This document shows positions 19,682 through 32,200 of a stretch of 64,000 nucleotides of DNA, in pieces (the stretch's first letter is position 1; every line of letters begins with the position of its first letter). Source of the stretch: a virus; the IMG/VR virus record IMGVR_UViG_3300028920_000032, positions 1 to 64,000 of that record; one strand, 5' to 3'. The notes beneath the pieces were generated by a model. That model did no database searches and was not told the DNA's origin. It worked only from the letters and a program-made list of their open reading frames with translations. The translations under genes were made by a program, and so were the position numbers.

Positions 19682-20638
19682 TCATTTCACCAGGCTCCAT
19701 TGCCAGTTTATACTTATTGTGTTTGTTTTCTGGATAGGGCTAAAATATCTTTTGGCCAGTAACATTCCATTAGCTTGATCATATAAACCACCAGTAGTAC
19801 CTGTAAAAGCTACATCATTAAATAGTCCAGCTTCATTCAATTGTTTCCCATCATAAATATATGAAGTTGCTGAAGCTGGCATTGTAACTTGGTATACTGT
19901 GATATTTTTGAATACAGAACCATAATCTGCATAGTATCCACTAGGAGATGATGTACTATATCCAGTAGTTGTAAAAGCTATATGTTGTGTTCGACTTATC
20001 ATTATAAAATTATTTTTAGTTACTGTTCCATGTTCACCGGCGCCTTGAGAATCGGTGTCTTCAAGTTCAATTTCTGAAGGATCAATTGGAGTAGTTATAT
20101 CAGTTGGACCTTGAGTTCCAAATCTCATTTTTGTTGGAAAAAATGGATATAATAAAGTGTTATTTGCAATATCTGTATTTATTGCTAAATCATCTTCAGA
20201 AGAATCCCAGGCATGTGTTGAATAAATATATTCACCACCTGAAAATAAATATTTCCACCCTACTGGCATCGATGTTTCATCTTCAGTACTTTCGCTTCCG
20301 TCTATGTAACCCATATGTTCGCCAGAATCAGAAAAGAATACTCCACTTTCTAACATGGCATATGCATGTTTTAACCAATACATTATTTGGTTTGGGCCAC
20401 CATTTTCATATATTTTTTTCCCACCTGAAATAATTAATTCATTGCTTTTTGGTTTTATTTGTTTGCTGTGATCAAAAGCAGTTATTTTTAAATATCCATG
20501 TGGTTTGTTTATTTTATCAATAAGTACATTATCTAGCCATTTTTTTGGAAATGGCATTTTATTCCAATTTATATCATTATAGAGCAAAAATCCCTTTCTT
20601 TTAGGTTTTATGATTCTTCCCATCTGTGAATCCTCCAA
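19682..20638 (-). CDS. baseplate/tail-collar structural protein
   Basis: C-terminal LNEAGLF...MLLAKRYFSPIQKT...INWQW motif typical of tail-collar/fibre-attachment proteins; position in tail module. Confidence 0.7.
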   Translation of the reverse strand: MEDSQMGRIIKPKRKGFLLYNDINWNKMPFPKKWLDNVLIDKINKPHGYLKITAFDHSKQIKPKSNELIISGGKKIYENGGPNQIMYWLKHAYAMLESGVFFSDSGEHMGYIDGSESTEDETSMPVGWKYLFSGGEYIYSTHAWDSSEDDLAINTDIANNTLLYPFFPTKMRFGTQGPTDITTPIDPSEIELEDTDSQGAGEHGTVTKNNFIMISRTQHIAFTTTGYSTSSPSGYYADYGSVFKNITVYQVTMPASATSYIYDGKQLNEAGLFNDVAFTGTTGGLYDQANGMLLAKRYFSPIQKTNTISINWQWSLVK

Positions 20639-20681
20639 TGTTATAATTAACTTGATATTACCACTTTCTTTTTACAGTTAT

Positions 20682-23600
20682 TTATGTTTCATATTCAGTA
20701 TCGGCTGCACCACTAATTATTAATTTTGGTGCTGCACTTGTAATAGAAAATTTGTCAATATATAATTTTGTGTTTAATGGTTCTGCAGTTGCTATATAAA
20801 CTTGTATACTAATTGCTGTTGCCGCGGCATCAATTGAAAACTCGATATTACTAAAATATTGCCATGAATTTACAATTGTTGAACTAATTGTTGCTGCTAT
20901 ATTCCATCCTTCAATATATTCTAATACATAAATTTTTGCATTAGTAGGAGTTGAAGCATTTGAATTCATTGCTACTGATAGTAAATATGTAGTATTAGCT
21001 TCTAAACCATGCATATCGCTTGTGTTTAAATTATCAGTAAGATATACAATTGCTGATCCTGCACCAGGTAGTGAATCTTTATTTAATTCCCAACTGTAAT
21101 TTCCTTCATAAACTCTATCTGTTGATCTAGTCCAGGTCGCATTTTCTGCATTACTATATCCACCATCAAGAGTAGGACTATTAATAGATTCACAATCACT
21201 ATGTTCTATGAAATTATATCTCATTATATCAAAACTATCTAAGTCAACATTTCCATCAATTGTCATACTAGCTGGTACAATTGGTATATAAAAATCATCA
21301 TCATCTGTTTGCATATGATGTATTGAACAGCCTGATATTAACATTGTTTCTGGTATAATATCTGTTATTAAATCTAATGGAGATTCACCAAATACTATAT
21401 CATTTACATTTGTTATTGTTAATTCATCAATATATATTTTTTTGCCACTTAGTTCATTTGTATGCATCCAAACATTTATTGAAAATCCTGTTGTGTTAGA
21501 GCCTATTGTAAATGTACCAGTAAAATGTGTCCAATCAGATGTTGACACTGTCCTAGCTACTGGTATTGTCCATTCTGAAGAATATTCTAAAATTTGAAAT
21601 TTAGCATTACTTAATGTATCAACATCAGTTTTAAACCATAAACTATAATAATATTCTTCTCCTGCTATGAATCCATGCATATCACTTGGATTAAATGTAT
21701 CAGACATTGCATTATATGCATATCCTCCCCCAGCTCCAGTTGTTTTAGTTAGTAACCAACTATAAACTCCATCATGTTTATCATTTGATGTTCTTCCCCA
21801 GGTAGCTCCAGTAAGCACACTATATCCATTATCAATTGTAGGAGAATTTGTAGATTCACAATCTCCATACTCAACATGTTCAGTACCAGAATATATCACA
21901 TTAGATATTTCAGGTTGTCCAATTATACCCGAGGTTATTATTGTATTTAGTATAATATCTGGTGTTAAATCTAATAATGTATCACCAATAGTTCCTGATA
22001 GAGGCATTTTAATTAAGCTCAAACTATCAATCCATAATTTTTTATTTGATAAACTGGTATAGCCCTCTAGTGATATATTTATACCAGTTGTAGACGGATT
22101 AATATAATAAATTTTTGTAAAAGTTTCCCAAGAATTTGGGTTATTTACTCTACATCTATCATTTTCTGTAGCATGCCAAGCTCCATCATAATACTGTTGA
22201 AATTCAAGAAACATTAATTCTGTAAAGTTTTCTTCGTCTGTTCTTAATGCAACATTTAGTTCATAATAACAGCTTGTTTCTAATCCATGCATATCACTTT
22301 CGTTTTTAGTATCAACTAAATCAATTTTAGCATTATTTACACTAGTAATAACATTAAATTCCCAACTATATATACCATTATAAACTTGGCCAGTTGTTCT
22401 TTCCCAAGTTGCATTTTCTAAATTACTATATCCACTATCAAGTGTGGGGCTGTTAGTAGATTCACAATCTCCATATTCTATTTCTTCAATTGTTGGCAAA
22501 ATAGAATCATATAAAAAACAACATAAACATTCATATTCTGTAGCTCCATTAATTAGCATAGTTGTTGGTATTATTTCTCTGTTTATTTCAAACATGTCGC
22601 TTCCATCGCCAGTTGTTCCAGAAGTCGTTAATGATCCACTTCCATCTCTCGCGATTTCAAAATTTAAATCAGCTAATCCAGTTGTAGTCACTTGTTCAAG
22701 TTCAATTGGTATATAGAAATCGTCATCATCTGTTTGCATATGATGTATGGCATATCCAGAAACAACAGTAGATCCTATAACTTCTCTTGTAAATTCTGTT
22801 TGATTTTCTGATGTTCCAGAAGTTGTTGCAAATCCTGTTGCTAACGCTATATATTCTGGTGCGGCTAAACTAGCTCCTCCAGATGTAATAGCACCATAAC
22901 TTCCTTCTCTCTCAATTTCAATTTCATATAGTCCGTCGCCACTTGTGACTAATGTATCAACAGCAACTTCTGTTATGCATTCTATTTGTTCACTTACTAT
23001 ACCACTTGATATTAATGCACCGTTACCTTCATAATCATGATCATCAGATTCAACTCCAGTTACTATATCGCCACCACTTAATACCATTCCACCACTAATA
23101 GTATCATTCGTATAGCTTCTTTCATTAGCTATGACTTCTCCACTAACTGTAGCTTGTCCATTATTAGTAGCAAAAAGATCTAATTCTATTTCACCAATAT
23201 AGCTTATGCTAAAATCATCTATATATACTTTTGTACCAACAGCTTCTGTAATAGGAGTAAATAATTTAATAAAAAATCCAGTAGTAGAAGCATTAATAGT
23301 ATGATCAGTACTTAAAATTTGCCAAGTGTCAGATGCACTAGGATGTAAATCTGTTGCGTGCCAACTACTGCTATAATATTCATATATTCTGAAATAACAA
23401 TTACTTGGTGTGACTACTGTTGTATAAATAGCTACTCGTATTTGATATATTTTACCTGGTATTATACCATGCAAATCAGTTGTAGATTCAGAATCGGCTA
23501 AAGTAACAAATGATTGTGCGCCAGAAATTTTTGTCATCACCCAACTATACGAATCGTTATAAACTTGGTCAGTTGTCCTCTCCCAGCTGGCACCTGATAG

Positions 23601-24011
23601 ATTTGTATATCCACCATCAAGAGTTGGGCTGTTTGTAGATTCACAATCACCATATTCTACTTCTTCAATTCTGCGGCTTAATTCTCCACTTATTTCAGCT
23701 CTACCTCTACTATCATAATCATGATCATCAGATTCAACTCCAGTTACTACATCTCCACCACTAATTATCATTCCACCGATGCCATCATAATCGCCTATTG
23801 CTTTTGTTATATTTCCAGATAATATTATAGCAGAATCACCAGTAGCTTCATAAGAAAAAATTGGATGTTCATATATTCCTTTACCTGTTGTATATATTAT
23901 ACCACCAATTGTTGGATAAAATGTATGTTCTTCCCAGATACTAGATGCTGTACCAGAAAGTATAACTGGATTTTCTTTTAATTCATTATATTTATACCAT
24001 TTTTTAATCAT
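20682..24011 (-). CDS. virion protein with four carbohydrate-binding-module-like (galactose-binding fold) repeats
   Basis: four copies of EYGDCESTNSPTLD.GY...A.W.R....Y.G.YSW...D(M/L)HG...YID.(F/L)SI separated by G/S/T-rich spacers. Confidence 0.75.
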   Translation of the reverse strand: MIKKWYKYNELKENPVILSGTASSIWEEHTFYPTIGGIIYTTGKGIYEHPIFSYEATGDSAIILSGNITKAIGDYDGIGGMIISGGDVVTGVESDDHDYDSRGRAEISGELSRRIEEVEYGDCESTNSPTLDGGYTNLSGASWERTTDQVYNDSYSWVMTKISGAQSFVTLADSESTTDLHGIIPGKIYQIRVAIYTTVVTPSNCYFRIYEYYSSSWHATDLHPSASDTWQILSTDHTINASTTGFFIKLFTPITEAVGTKVYIDDFSISYIGEIELDLFATNNGQATVSGEVIANERSYTNDTISGGMVLSGGDIVTGVESDDHDYEGNGALISSGIVSEQIECITEVAVDTLVTSGDGLYEIEIEREGSYGAITSGGASLAAPEYIALATGFATTSGTSENQTEFTREVIGSTVVSGYAIHHMQTDDDDFYIPIELEQVTTTGLADLNFEIARDGSGSLTTSGTTGDGSDMFEINREIIPTTMLINGATEYECLCCFLYDSILPTIEEIEYGDCESTNSPTLDSGYSNLENATWERTTGQVYNGIYSWEFNVITSVNNAKIDLVDTKNESDMHGLETSCYYELNVALRTDEENFTELMFLEFQQYYDGAWHATENDRCRVNNPNSWETFTKIYYINPSTTGINISLEGYTSLSNKKLWIDSLSLIKMPLSGTIGDTLLDLTPDIILNTIITSGIIGQPEISNVIYSGTEHVEYGDCESTNSPTIDNGYSVLTGATWGRTSNDKHDGVYSWLLTKTTGAGGGYAYNAMSDTFNPSDMHGFIAGEEYYYSLWFKTDVDTLSNAKFQILEYSSEWTIPVARTVSTSDWTHFTGTFTIGSNTTGFSINVWMHTNELSGKKIYIDELTITNVNDIVFGESPLDLITDIIPETMLISGCSIHHMQTDDDDFYIPIVPASMTIDGNVDLDSFDIMRYNFIEHSDCESINSPTLDGGYSNAENATWTRSTDRVYEGNYSWELNKDSLPGAGSAIVYLTDNLNTSDMHGLEANTTYLLSVAMNSNASTPTNAKIYVLEYIEGWNIAATISSTIVNSWQYFSNIEFSIDAAATAISIQVYIATAEPLNTKLYIDKFSITSAAPKLIISGAADTEYET

Positions 24012-27000
24012 CGACTGTACCCCATAATGCTACTCTTCCTGAACCACCAGCAACTATTAAATCATCTTCATATGCTACTAAAGAATATATTGGTTCATTT
24101 CCAATTGCTGTCATATTGTCAAATGGCCCAATTCCACTTCCTGAGCCATCATAATTTTTCCAATTAGCTCCGTCATATGAAGCAAGCCTACCATTGTCAC
24201 TTCCGAATACTAAATAATTAGTGTATATTTCTACAGCTTGTATAGTAACCCCCGCTCCTAGTAAATTAGTTGAAGAGTTATATATACCTGTGCCAGTTCC
24301 AGATCCGTTATATAATCTCCAGTTAGTACCATCGTATGAAGATATTCTATTATATGGTCCAGCAACTATTAATAATGTGTTGAATTGTATTAATTCCCAT
24401 ATTCTTTCACTAGTACCAAGTACATTCTGTCCATATGGACCTGTTCCGCTTCCTGTTCCGTCTGAATTCTTCCAGTTTGTACCATCATATGAAAATATTT
24501 GACCTAATATTGTACCAAATATAATCATATTATTATATATTGTAATTGCTGTTATAATATCATTACTACATGTTGCACCACCGTCATTATATGGTCCAGT
24601 ACCAGTTCCCGATCCATCATAATACTTCCAATTAGTACCATCATATGATGAAACTCTACCATCATAACCAGCAACAATCAATATATTATTATAATCTATT
24701 GCAACTGTTATAATATTACTACCAAGAGTTGCTGAATTATATGGACCTGTGCCACTTCCTGAACCATCATAATTTTTCCAGTTAGTGCCATCATATGAAG
24801 CAAGCCTACTGTTATAACCTGCTACTATTAAGAAATCTGAAATCCCATCTGAATACTTAATTACTGGATATATCCTACCTGATCCAATCGCAGCACTATT
24901 ACTATATGGTCCTGTTCCGCTTCCTGTTCCATCATATTTTTTCCAATTGTTACTATCATATGAAGCAACTCTCCCACTCTCTCCACCTACAACATAAATC
25001 CCATTGTAGTCAGTAGCTCTCCATATAGTAGTATTTATTGTATTTGATCCATTATCATAAATAGAATTTTCTTCTTCAGCTCCAGAATAACTATAACCAG
25101 CAAGTAAAATCATTTCAACATCATCTGGTTGGGCAACTCCTGTTGTATATATTGAACCATATCCACTTCTAACAATTTCAGTCTCAACATCTGAACTACC
25201 AGTTGTTGTTAGTGTACCAGTTACTAAATGTTTTTCTATAGAAGTTAATGCAGCTCCACCAACAATTGCTGAACCTTCTGCATCATATGGTTCTTCATAA
25301 TGTACTTGTGGCTGGAAATAATCTAAAGCCATATTCCATGTTGACCAATCATCATCTGTTGTGTTCTCATTATTATAACTTGGCCAATTAATTTCTTTTT
25401 TTACTCTGTCTGAATCTGTTCTCAAGGCTTCACTAAAATCTTGATGTCTTGTATATTTTGACATATGACCATTTCTAGTAAGATCTTCACCTTCTTGTGC
25501 TCTGCTTATATAACCATTTCTTTGTATATAAAAATTTGCTCTATCAACAGATTCTACAGGATTATTTGTAACACTAACTAATATTGTAAATATTGTATTT
25601 AGTGTATCTTCAATTATTGGAATTACATCATCATTTGGTGTAATTGAAAAAAATGTATTAAATGCATTTCTTTCTCTAGTAAACATTTTATCTTCAAATG
25701 TTCTATAATAATTTGAATAATTGTCAAATTCATATTCAGTACCATCAATGGTAAATTTGTGACCTAAATCTGTAGTTTCTGCATAATTTTCGACATTATC
25801 ATCCCAAGTTGCTCCAGCTTCAATACTTTCGATTCGCAAATAACTGTTTGTAGTTAATGAAGCTACATCACCAAGATGATTATAATTCAAAAACACTCCT
25901 TTATTTGGGACTATTAAAGTTATTATCATATCAGAAGTAGATAGTATTTCTAAGCTAACTTCTGTAGCTGTCGTACTATCATATAATAGAAATTCTTTTT
26001 TTGCTAATGTCCCATCTGTTTTTCGTATTTGACAACATACTTCATCATCAGTAATTTTGTGGTATACAAGAATTATATTTTCATTAGTTGTTTCAATAGT
26101 TGCTAATACATTAATATCTTCAATAAATACTGAACTACTTACAATTTCATTTCCGCTAGCATCCCAAACTTCATAATATCCCTTATTATCATTTGTATCT
26201 CTCCAGGCAAGATATATTTCATTTGCTGAAGTTTCTACTAAGTTTGTTTCTACTATTGTAGTGCTAACATCAAAACCTTTTGTGGAATTAGTCATATTAC
26301 CAAATAAATAAGTTCCATCATTTTTCATATATACTAAAACACCACCAGATCCACCGACAGCACTTATTACTAAATCATCAGAAAGTGTAGTAACATCAAA
26401 TTGTGTTAAGCTAGAAGTTTGCCATTGATAGCCTGTGCCAACTTCTACTTCTCCATCTAAATCAAATATTTTCATATAACTATCTGACGAACGATCGTAT
26501 ATAATTACTACTCTATTATTTGTTAATGTAATAGATTGAATATCAGTTAATGAAGAGCCTTCACCTGGATCAGTTTCAATAGTATTTGAAGTGGTGAGTT
26601 TGTCTCCATCGTAATTAAAAATTAACCATTTTACATTATTAATATCTTTTTCCCTATATGCTACTAAAAACTTCTTAATTGTATCATTATTGCTTGATAC
26701 TACTGTTACTAAATCAACATCTACTAAACTAAAATTGATTCCTGATTTATATATCGTCCCATTTGGATTCATTATTATAATTCTTCCAGCCCCACTACTA
26801 ACATCACGATATACTATTACAATTTTATCATTTGTTAATCTTGCAGAATCTAAATATTGACAAGTAGTTGAAATTGCAAAGTTTGTGTTTACTGTTAAAT
26901 CATAATGATTATTAATTGCATCAATTATTTGTTGACCAGTTGTAGATGATATTGTTTCTCCTGACACATCTACTTCAGAAAAATCAGTATCATCTAAATT

Positions 27001-29205
27001 CATATAAAAACTATAATCATGAGCAAGTGTTAAGCTAGTAGAATCAGTTGGATCTGTAAAAGTTGCAAAATCTTGATAACCTTTAGTAGAAAAATTACCA
27101 TCTATGGGTGCTAAAGGTGACACACTTAAACTTGTAAATAAATCATCTACAATACCATTTGCCATATATACTTTAGATGACATACTTAAAGTGTCTGAAT
27201 ACACTCTTACTGTATATGTTTGTGGAGGTGGAAACAAAGTTGGGTCAGGATATATAGTAGCTGTTGCATCAATTGAATTTGCTACAAATTGAACATTGAT
27301 TGCATCTACTAAATCTTCAAAAGTTTGTGCATCTGTACCATTTACTGTTATTTTTGTACCTCGACCTTCATCAACTTTTAAATTAATTAAATTTGAATTT
27401 GTTAAATCACTTGGTGTACTTAAATCTATGCTTCCAGTAATAGTTATACCATGTGTTGGATTTCCAAATATTACAGGCATTGCTGAGTCTGACGTTCCAT
27501 TAAAATCTAAATCTTGTGTACCATTTATTGCAACAATAACTGCATCATCTGATGCTGGCATTAAATTTAATGGTATATAATCTCTTAATGTTACAAATAT
27601 AAATGGTAATAATATATCTACCCAATTAGGATCACCTGGATCTCCTTCAAGAGTTACTTCAGCAGCTTCGGGATTATAGTTTTCAAACTCTTCCTCCCAA
27701 GGTGTGGTGACAACATCAATAAAAGCTGATACATATATAGGTGTCAAGAATTTAACATATTTTAATATTGTGTCTGTATCTTTCGCTGTCAAATCTTGTT
27801 TGGTATAGAATTGTGTTAATCTAAAATTAATATAATTACTTTTAAAATAAGTAAATTTATCTTCATCAGTTATCTCAGATTTTTTAAATCCTAATATTTC
27901 CGACAAAGAATAAGTAGATTGTAAATCATCAAAATATCTCAGGTCTTTAGATTCTGTCCACAATTTTGGATCGATAGGTTGTTGTGCTCCAGAATTTGAC
28001 ATGTCACTTAGTTGATCACGATGTCTTGTTCTTGGATTTTGAGTAGTTAAATAATATAGAATATTAGTAGAATCAATAGCAGCAAATCCTTCTGGGTTTT
28101 GTGCATCCCTATCCCAATAATATTCTCTGACTTCTGCATCAAATCCCAATAATTTAAAAAATAATTGAAATGAATATTCTGTACCTTTCCTTTTATATAT
28201 TTCTGTAAGATTTTTAATTAATTCTCGGAATGAAATATTTTCAATTGAAAAGTCTTCTTTTTGATAACCTAATAAATGTGCCATATATTTTAAGAGGTTC
28301 TCATCAATTTCATCTATATTAGATAAAGTATTTAAATCTGTTATTTTTTGGTCAATTGTGTCTAATAATATTCCAAGACCATCAAAATATATTTTTAAAT
28401 TAGTTGTTGAACTAATAATTTCATTATCATAATTGGGTACATATGAATTTAACAAATTATGGAAAAAGAATTGTTCTTCATTAAAAAATTTGTAGCAATA
28501 ATATAACCATTTTAATAAGTAAATATATAATGTTCCTTCTGAAGAAGTATAAGTTCTATAATTGTCTTTATGTGGTGCAGCTATATTTCCTGGATATAAA
28601 CCAAGTACTGTTGAAACTTCTTCATTTAAAGCAGCAATAGATAATGTTGGTTCTAGACCCTGTTCAGTTATTTCAATTGTAAATCCAGTGGGTATAGAAC
28701 CATCACTGGCATCATCTACTTCACCATCAGAATCATTTGTAATTATGACTACTTCATCACTTACTGTTGCGCCTAAACCTGTTATAGCATCTACTGCAGA
28801 TTGCATTGCTGCAGCAACAGTATTTGCTGGATCATTGCTACTGATAGCAACTTCAATTGCAACGCGACCAACTGGAGAAGGATCTACACCAGCACCTGTA
28901 TTAAACCATATATAGTAATCAGTGATTGGTGTAGATAAATTAAAATATGAACCATTTAAAGAATGACCAACATCTCCTACACAAGTGATAGTAGTAATTT
29001 CAGCATTACCAATTACCTCATCTGGATCTTCTGCTAAATTATATACTGTATTTGCTTGAATTAGATCATCAAATTTAAATAATACATCATCTACTAATGT
29101 TCTTACTAAACTATCAAAATCTATATCAAACTCTACTAATAAATCTTGTAAAATAGTGTTAGAACTAAGAATGTTTATAAATTTTTGCAGATTTGATTTA
29201 ACCAT
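24004..29205 (-). CDS. baseplate wedge protein (gp7/tail protein I-like) with inserted domains and C-terminal propeller repeats
   Basis: IDEIDENLLKYMAHLLGY...RELIKNLTEIYKRKGTEYSFQLFFKLLG motif; downstream of the gp6-like gene. Confidence 0.8.
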   Translation of the reverse strand: MVKSNLQKFINILSSNTILQDLLVEFDIDFDSLVRTLVDDVLFKFDDLIQANTVYNLAEDPDEVIGNAEITTITCVGDVGHSLNGSYFNLSTPITDYYIWFNTGAGVDPSPVGRVAIEVAISSNDPANTVAAAMQSAVDAITGLGATVSDEVVIITNDSDGEVDDASDGSIPTGFTIEITEQGLEPTLSIAALNEEVSTVLGLYPGNIAAPHKDNYRTYTSSEGTLYIYLLKWLYYCYKFFNEEQFFFHNLLNSYVPNYDNEIISSTTNLKIYFDGLGILLDTIDQKITDLNTLSNIDEIDENLLKYMAHLLGYQKEDFSIENISFRELIKNLTEIYKRKGTEYSFQLFFKLLGFDAEVREYYWDRDAQNPEGFAAIDSTNILYYLTTQNPRTRHRDQLSDMSNSGAQQPIDPKLWTESKDLRYFDDLQSTYSLSEILGFKKSEITDEDKFTYFKSNYINFRLTQFYTKQDLTAKDTDTILKYVKFLTPIYVSAFIDVVTTPWEEEFENYNPEAAEVTLEGDPGDPNWVDILLPFIFVTLRDYIPLNLMPASDDAVIVAINGTQDLDFNGTSDSAMPVIFGNPTHGITITGSIDLSTPSDLTNSNLINLKVDEGRGTKITVNGTDAQTFEDLVDAINVQFVANSIDATATIYPDPTLFPPPQTYTVRVYSDTLSMSSKVYMANGIVDDLFTSLSVSPLAPIDGNFSTKGYQDFATFTDPTDSTSLTLAHDYSFYMNLDDTDFSEVDVSGETISSTTGQQIIDAINNHYDLTVNTNFAISTTCQYLDSARLTNDKIVIVYRDVSSGAGRIIIMNPNGTIYKSGINFSLVDVDLVTVVSSNNDTIKKFLVAYREKDINNVKWLIFNYDGDKLTTSNTIETDPGEGSSLTDIQSITLTNNRVVIIYDRSSDSYMKIFDLDGEVEVGTGYQWQTSSLTQFDVTTLSDDLVISAVGGSGGVLVYMKNDGTYLFGNMTNSTKGFDVSTTIVETNLVETSANEIYLAWRDTNDNKGYYEVWDASGNEIVSSSVFIEDINVLATIETTNENIILVYHKITDDEVCCQIRKTDGTLAKKEFLLYDSTTATEVSLEILSTSDMIITLIVPNKGVFLNYNHLGDVASLTTNSYLRIESIEAGATWDDNVENYAETTDLGHKFTIDGTEYEFDNYSNYYRTFEDKMFTRERNAFNTFFSITPNDDVIPIIEDTLNTIFTILVSVTNNPVESVDRANFYIQRNGYISRAQEGEDLTRNGHMSKYTRHQDFSEALRTDSDRVKKEINWPSYNNENTTDDDWSTWNMALDYFQPQVHYEEPYDAEGSAIVGGAALTSIEKHLVTGTLTTTGSSDVETEIVRSGYGSIYTTGVAQPDDVEMILLAGYSYSGAEEENSIYDNGSNTINTTIWRATDYNGIYVVGGESGRVASYDSNNWKKYDGTGSGTGPYSNSAAIGSGRIYPVIKYSDGISDFLIVAGYNSRLASYDGTNWKNYDGSGSGTGPYNSATLGSNIITVAIDYNNILIVAGYDGRVSSYDGTNWKYYDGSGTGTGPYNDGGATCSNDIITAITIYNNMIIFGTILGQIFSYDGTNWKNSDGTGSGTGPYGQNVLGTSERIWELIQFNTLLIVAGPYNRISSYDGTNWRLYNGSGTGTGIYNSSTNLLGAGVTIQAVEIYTNYLVFGSDNGRLASYDGANWKNYDGSGSGIGPFDNMTAIGNEPIYSLVAYEDDLIVAGGSGRVALWGTVDD
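24030..25030 (-). repeat. six roughly 60-aa repeats (GR.ASYDGTNWKNYDGSGSGTGPY), probable beta-propeller blades
   Basis: directly visible in the translation. Confidence 0.85.
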
Positions 29206-29207
29206 AT

Positions 29208-32200
29208 TTATTGTCCCACTTCCACATATGTAAATATTATTCCATGTAATTGAGAAGAAATAAGAGTGCTAGTACCATAGAAATAATCATTACTTAAATA
29301 TATAATTTCATTATATTTGGCTGGTATTTCAACTCTATAATTATATATATCTTCTTTATCGGCTAATGTTGGTTCATCTGGAGTTCCATATTCAGTTATA
29401 GGACTTCCAATATTTAATGTTCCATTAACTGCATCAGTTAAACAATCTGTATATCCCGCTGTTCCATCAACTGCTGTATCTGCACTAGTAAGTAATGCCA
29501 ATAAATTATTTGCTCCACCAGCTGTTATGTCTATTGTTGAAGAATATCCACCAAGTAATGAAGTAATTCTTATTTTCCCTTCATTATCAATTCCAGCAAG
29601 AGCAGTAGCTGGTAACTGAGCTTCAAGAAGATCAGCTATTTGATATAATGGCCAATCTCCAGATGCTGGTGAAGTAATTGTATATTCGGCTCCACCATCA
29701 CCATCTATTTCAACTGTTATTTTATAACTTGCACTTTTTGTATATTCTGTTTCTAAAATTAATGAAGTTCTAGTAAAAGTTTGATATCCTTTTGTTAGTA
29801 TTTGACCAGGTGACTCTAATTTAATCATTACACTTTGACCTTCATTAATAGTTGTAAATTTAAAAATTCCAGATGAATGACTAACTATTATTGCATTAGT
29901 AAGATCAGCAATTCCTTTACCCATTGCTAAATTAGTTGCATGTTGTAAACCACCTGTACTTCCATCTCCATGTTGTATGTAATCTAATAAGCTATCATAA
30001 TCTCTATCTGTCCATCCATTTCCAATTGTTACTAAATATTCGCCATCATAATTAACTCCACCAACAGTACATCCATCAAGTGTAATTTTAAAAGAAGAAT
30101 TTGATTCCCATCTTGTTTTTACATATTCAGCCGGAAGTGTTCCTTCTATAATTGCCGGTTTATCGTTGTCAATATATTTCTTATATAATTGGTAATCTTT
30201 ACCTAAATAACTAATTATTAATGAATCTATACCCTCAGTTTCTTTTACAACATCAATAATTGATGAAGATGTTAAATTTTCTGAAAACTCTCTTTCACTA
30301 ATTAAAAAAGCTGCTTCTAAATTAGCAATAACTTGGCTTTTTATAGTATCCGGATCAAAACCTTTTTCTAAATATACAGTACCCACTACATCAAAAGGTG
30401 TAAATGTTGGATCTTGAATTATATAATCTTGATGTATCAACCTGTTATCTACTAAATAATTAACTATTGAAGTTGATTCAGACGTGTCAGAATCTGCATC
30501 AGAAATATAATCACCATTGTAGTGTAAAATTATTGTTGAATGGTCTGACATTTTTCTTCCAATAGTAAAACCTAAAATGTCAATACATTTTTTATTTATT
30601 GTGGCATCATCATTATCATTAATTTCAACATCAGGTGGATTAGAAGCACTAGTGTCATAACTTATTAATCTGAATCTTATTTTATTTTCTCCTTCAACTT
30701 TTTCACATATTAATCTATCTGATATATCTGTTGGTGAACCACTTTTGTCAGCTGTAGTAAGAGCTGTATTAATTGCTACTACTAAAGAATCAATATTATA
30801 TGTCGCCGCTGGAATAGTTATTATATAATCACCATCACCTTCTGGTATACTTGTTATAGTTAAATTAAATCTATCATCTGTGTCTAAAGAAAATGTATAA
30901 GAACCATCTCCAATTAGATCTTTTTCACTCATTATTGTATTAGCTAAAATACCAGTACCATATGAAACTTGATCGTCTCCTAATTGCATAAGATCTAATG
31001 TGTTATTGTGAATTGCATTATTTGCTTTTACTTGGATTTTTGCTGTCGCACCAAATGCACCATATAATTTAAATCTTAAATAGTGATTGTTAACCATATC
31101 TGAATTTGGACTAACTTTTATTTCAACCAGATTATCATCATTAGTAGTTTGACCATCGCCAAACCTTAAAATATGAAGTCCACCAATAGTTCCATCAGCT
31201 GCTACCTCTTCAACCTTTATAGTTGGTGTTGAAGTCCAATCTACATCTAATAGTCTAAAACCTATTCTATAGTATCCATCTTCTGTTCTTAGCCATATGG
31301 CTTCGACTACTCCTGATCCATTAAATCCATTGCTAGCATCAGCTAGATCTAAATTCATATATTTAATTAGATCCATTCTGTCTTGTATATCTCTTAAGTC
31401 ATATGGTTCATAAGTCTCTACATTTGCAAATAGAACTTCTTTAGTAACATTATGAGATTGTGTACCTGATAAAGTAAATTTTACTTTTCTACCTATTGTA
31501 CTATTCATGTGAAAATCTGTATAGTCATATATATTTGCTCTAGAATATATTTCTGGATATTCAGCTGAACCTGAAACTATTTCTTGTCCTGTATATCCAT
31601 CACATAATCCTAATACATTTAAGACTGATCTGCATCTTGTTGCTAACTCAACAATACTAATATCTTCACCAAAATTATCTTGGTCATCTGAATCTAAATC
31701 CATAAATGATAAACTAAATAAGTTAGTTCCAGTAGTACCATCTGCTAATTGAATTCTAGAAGTTATTCCCGAAGTTTTTGACATAAATGTAAGTTTGGGA
31801 CTACTTGGATAATGCCAATAGTCAGCAAATAATTCTACAGTTGAAGTTGGAAATGCTGGAGAACATGCTAATATTTCAGTATATAAATCTGTCGCTGCAC
31901 TTTTGTCGCGAATTGGAACAGGATCATCTATTCCTCCAACATATGTAAAACTATATTCAACATAATCTCCACTGTCTACTGCCATTTTAAAAGAATATGT
32001 GATACCATTACTCATAGTTATATTTGAACCAGTGCCTGCTGCTGACCAGCCATTAAATGCCCCAAATTTAAAATCATGATCAGCATTTAATACTTCTCTG
32101 TTCAACCCATCAAATGAAATTATTAATTCATCATTTATTGCGCCTTTTACATTGATACTAGCTGTACTATTACTATATGGAAATGTTCCAACATCAGCTG

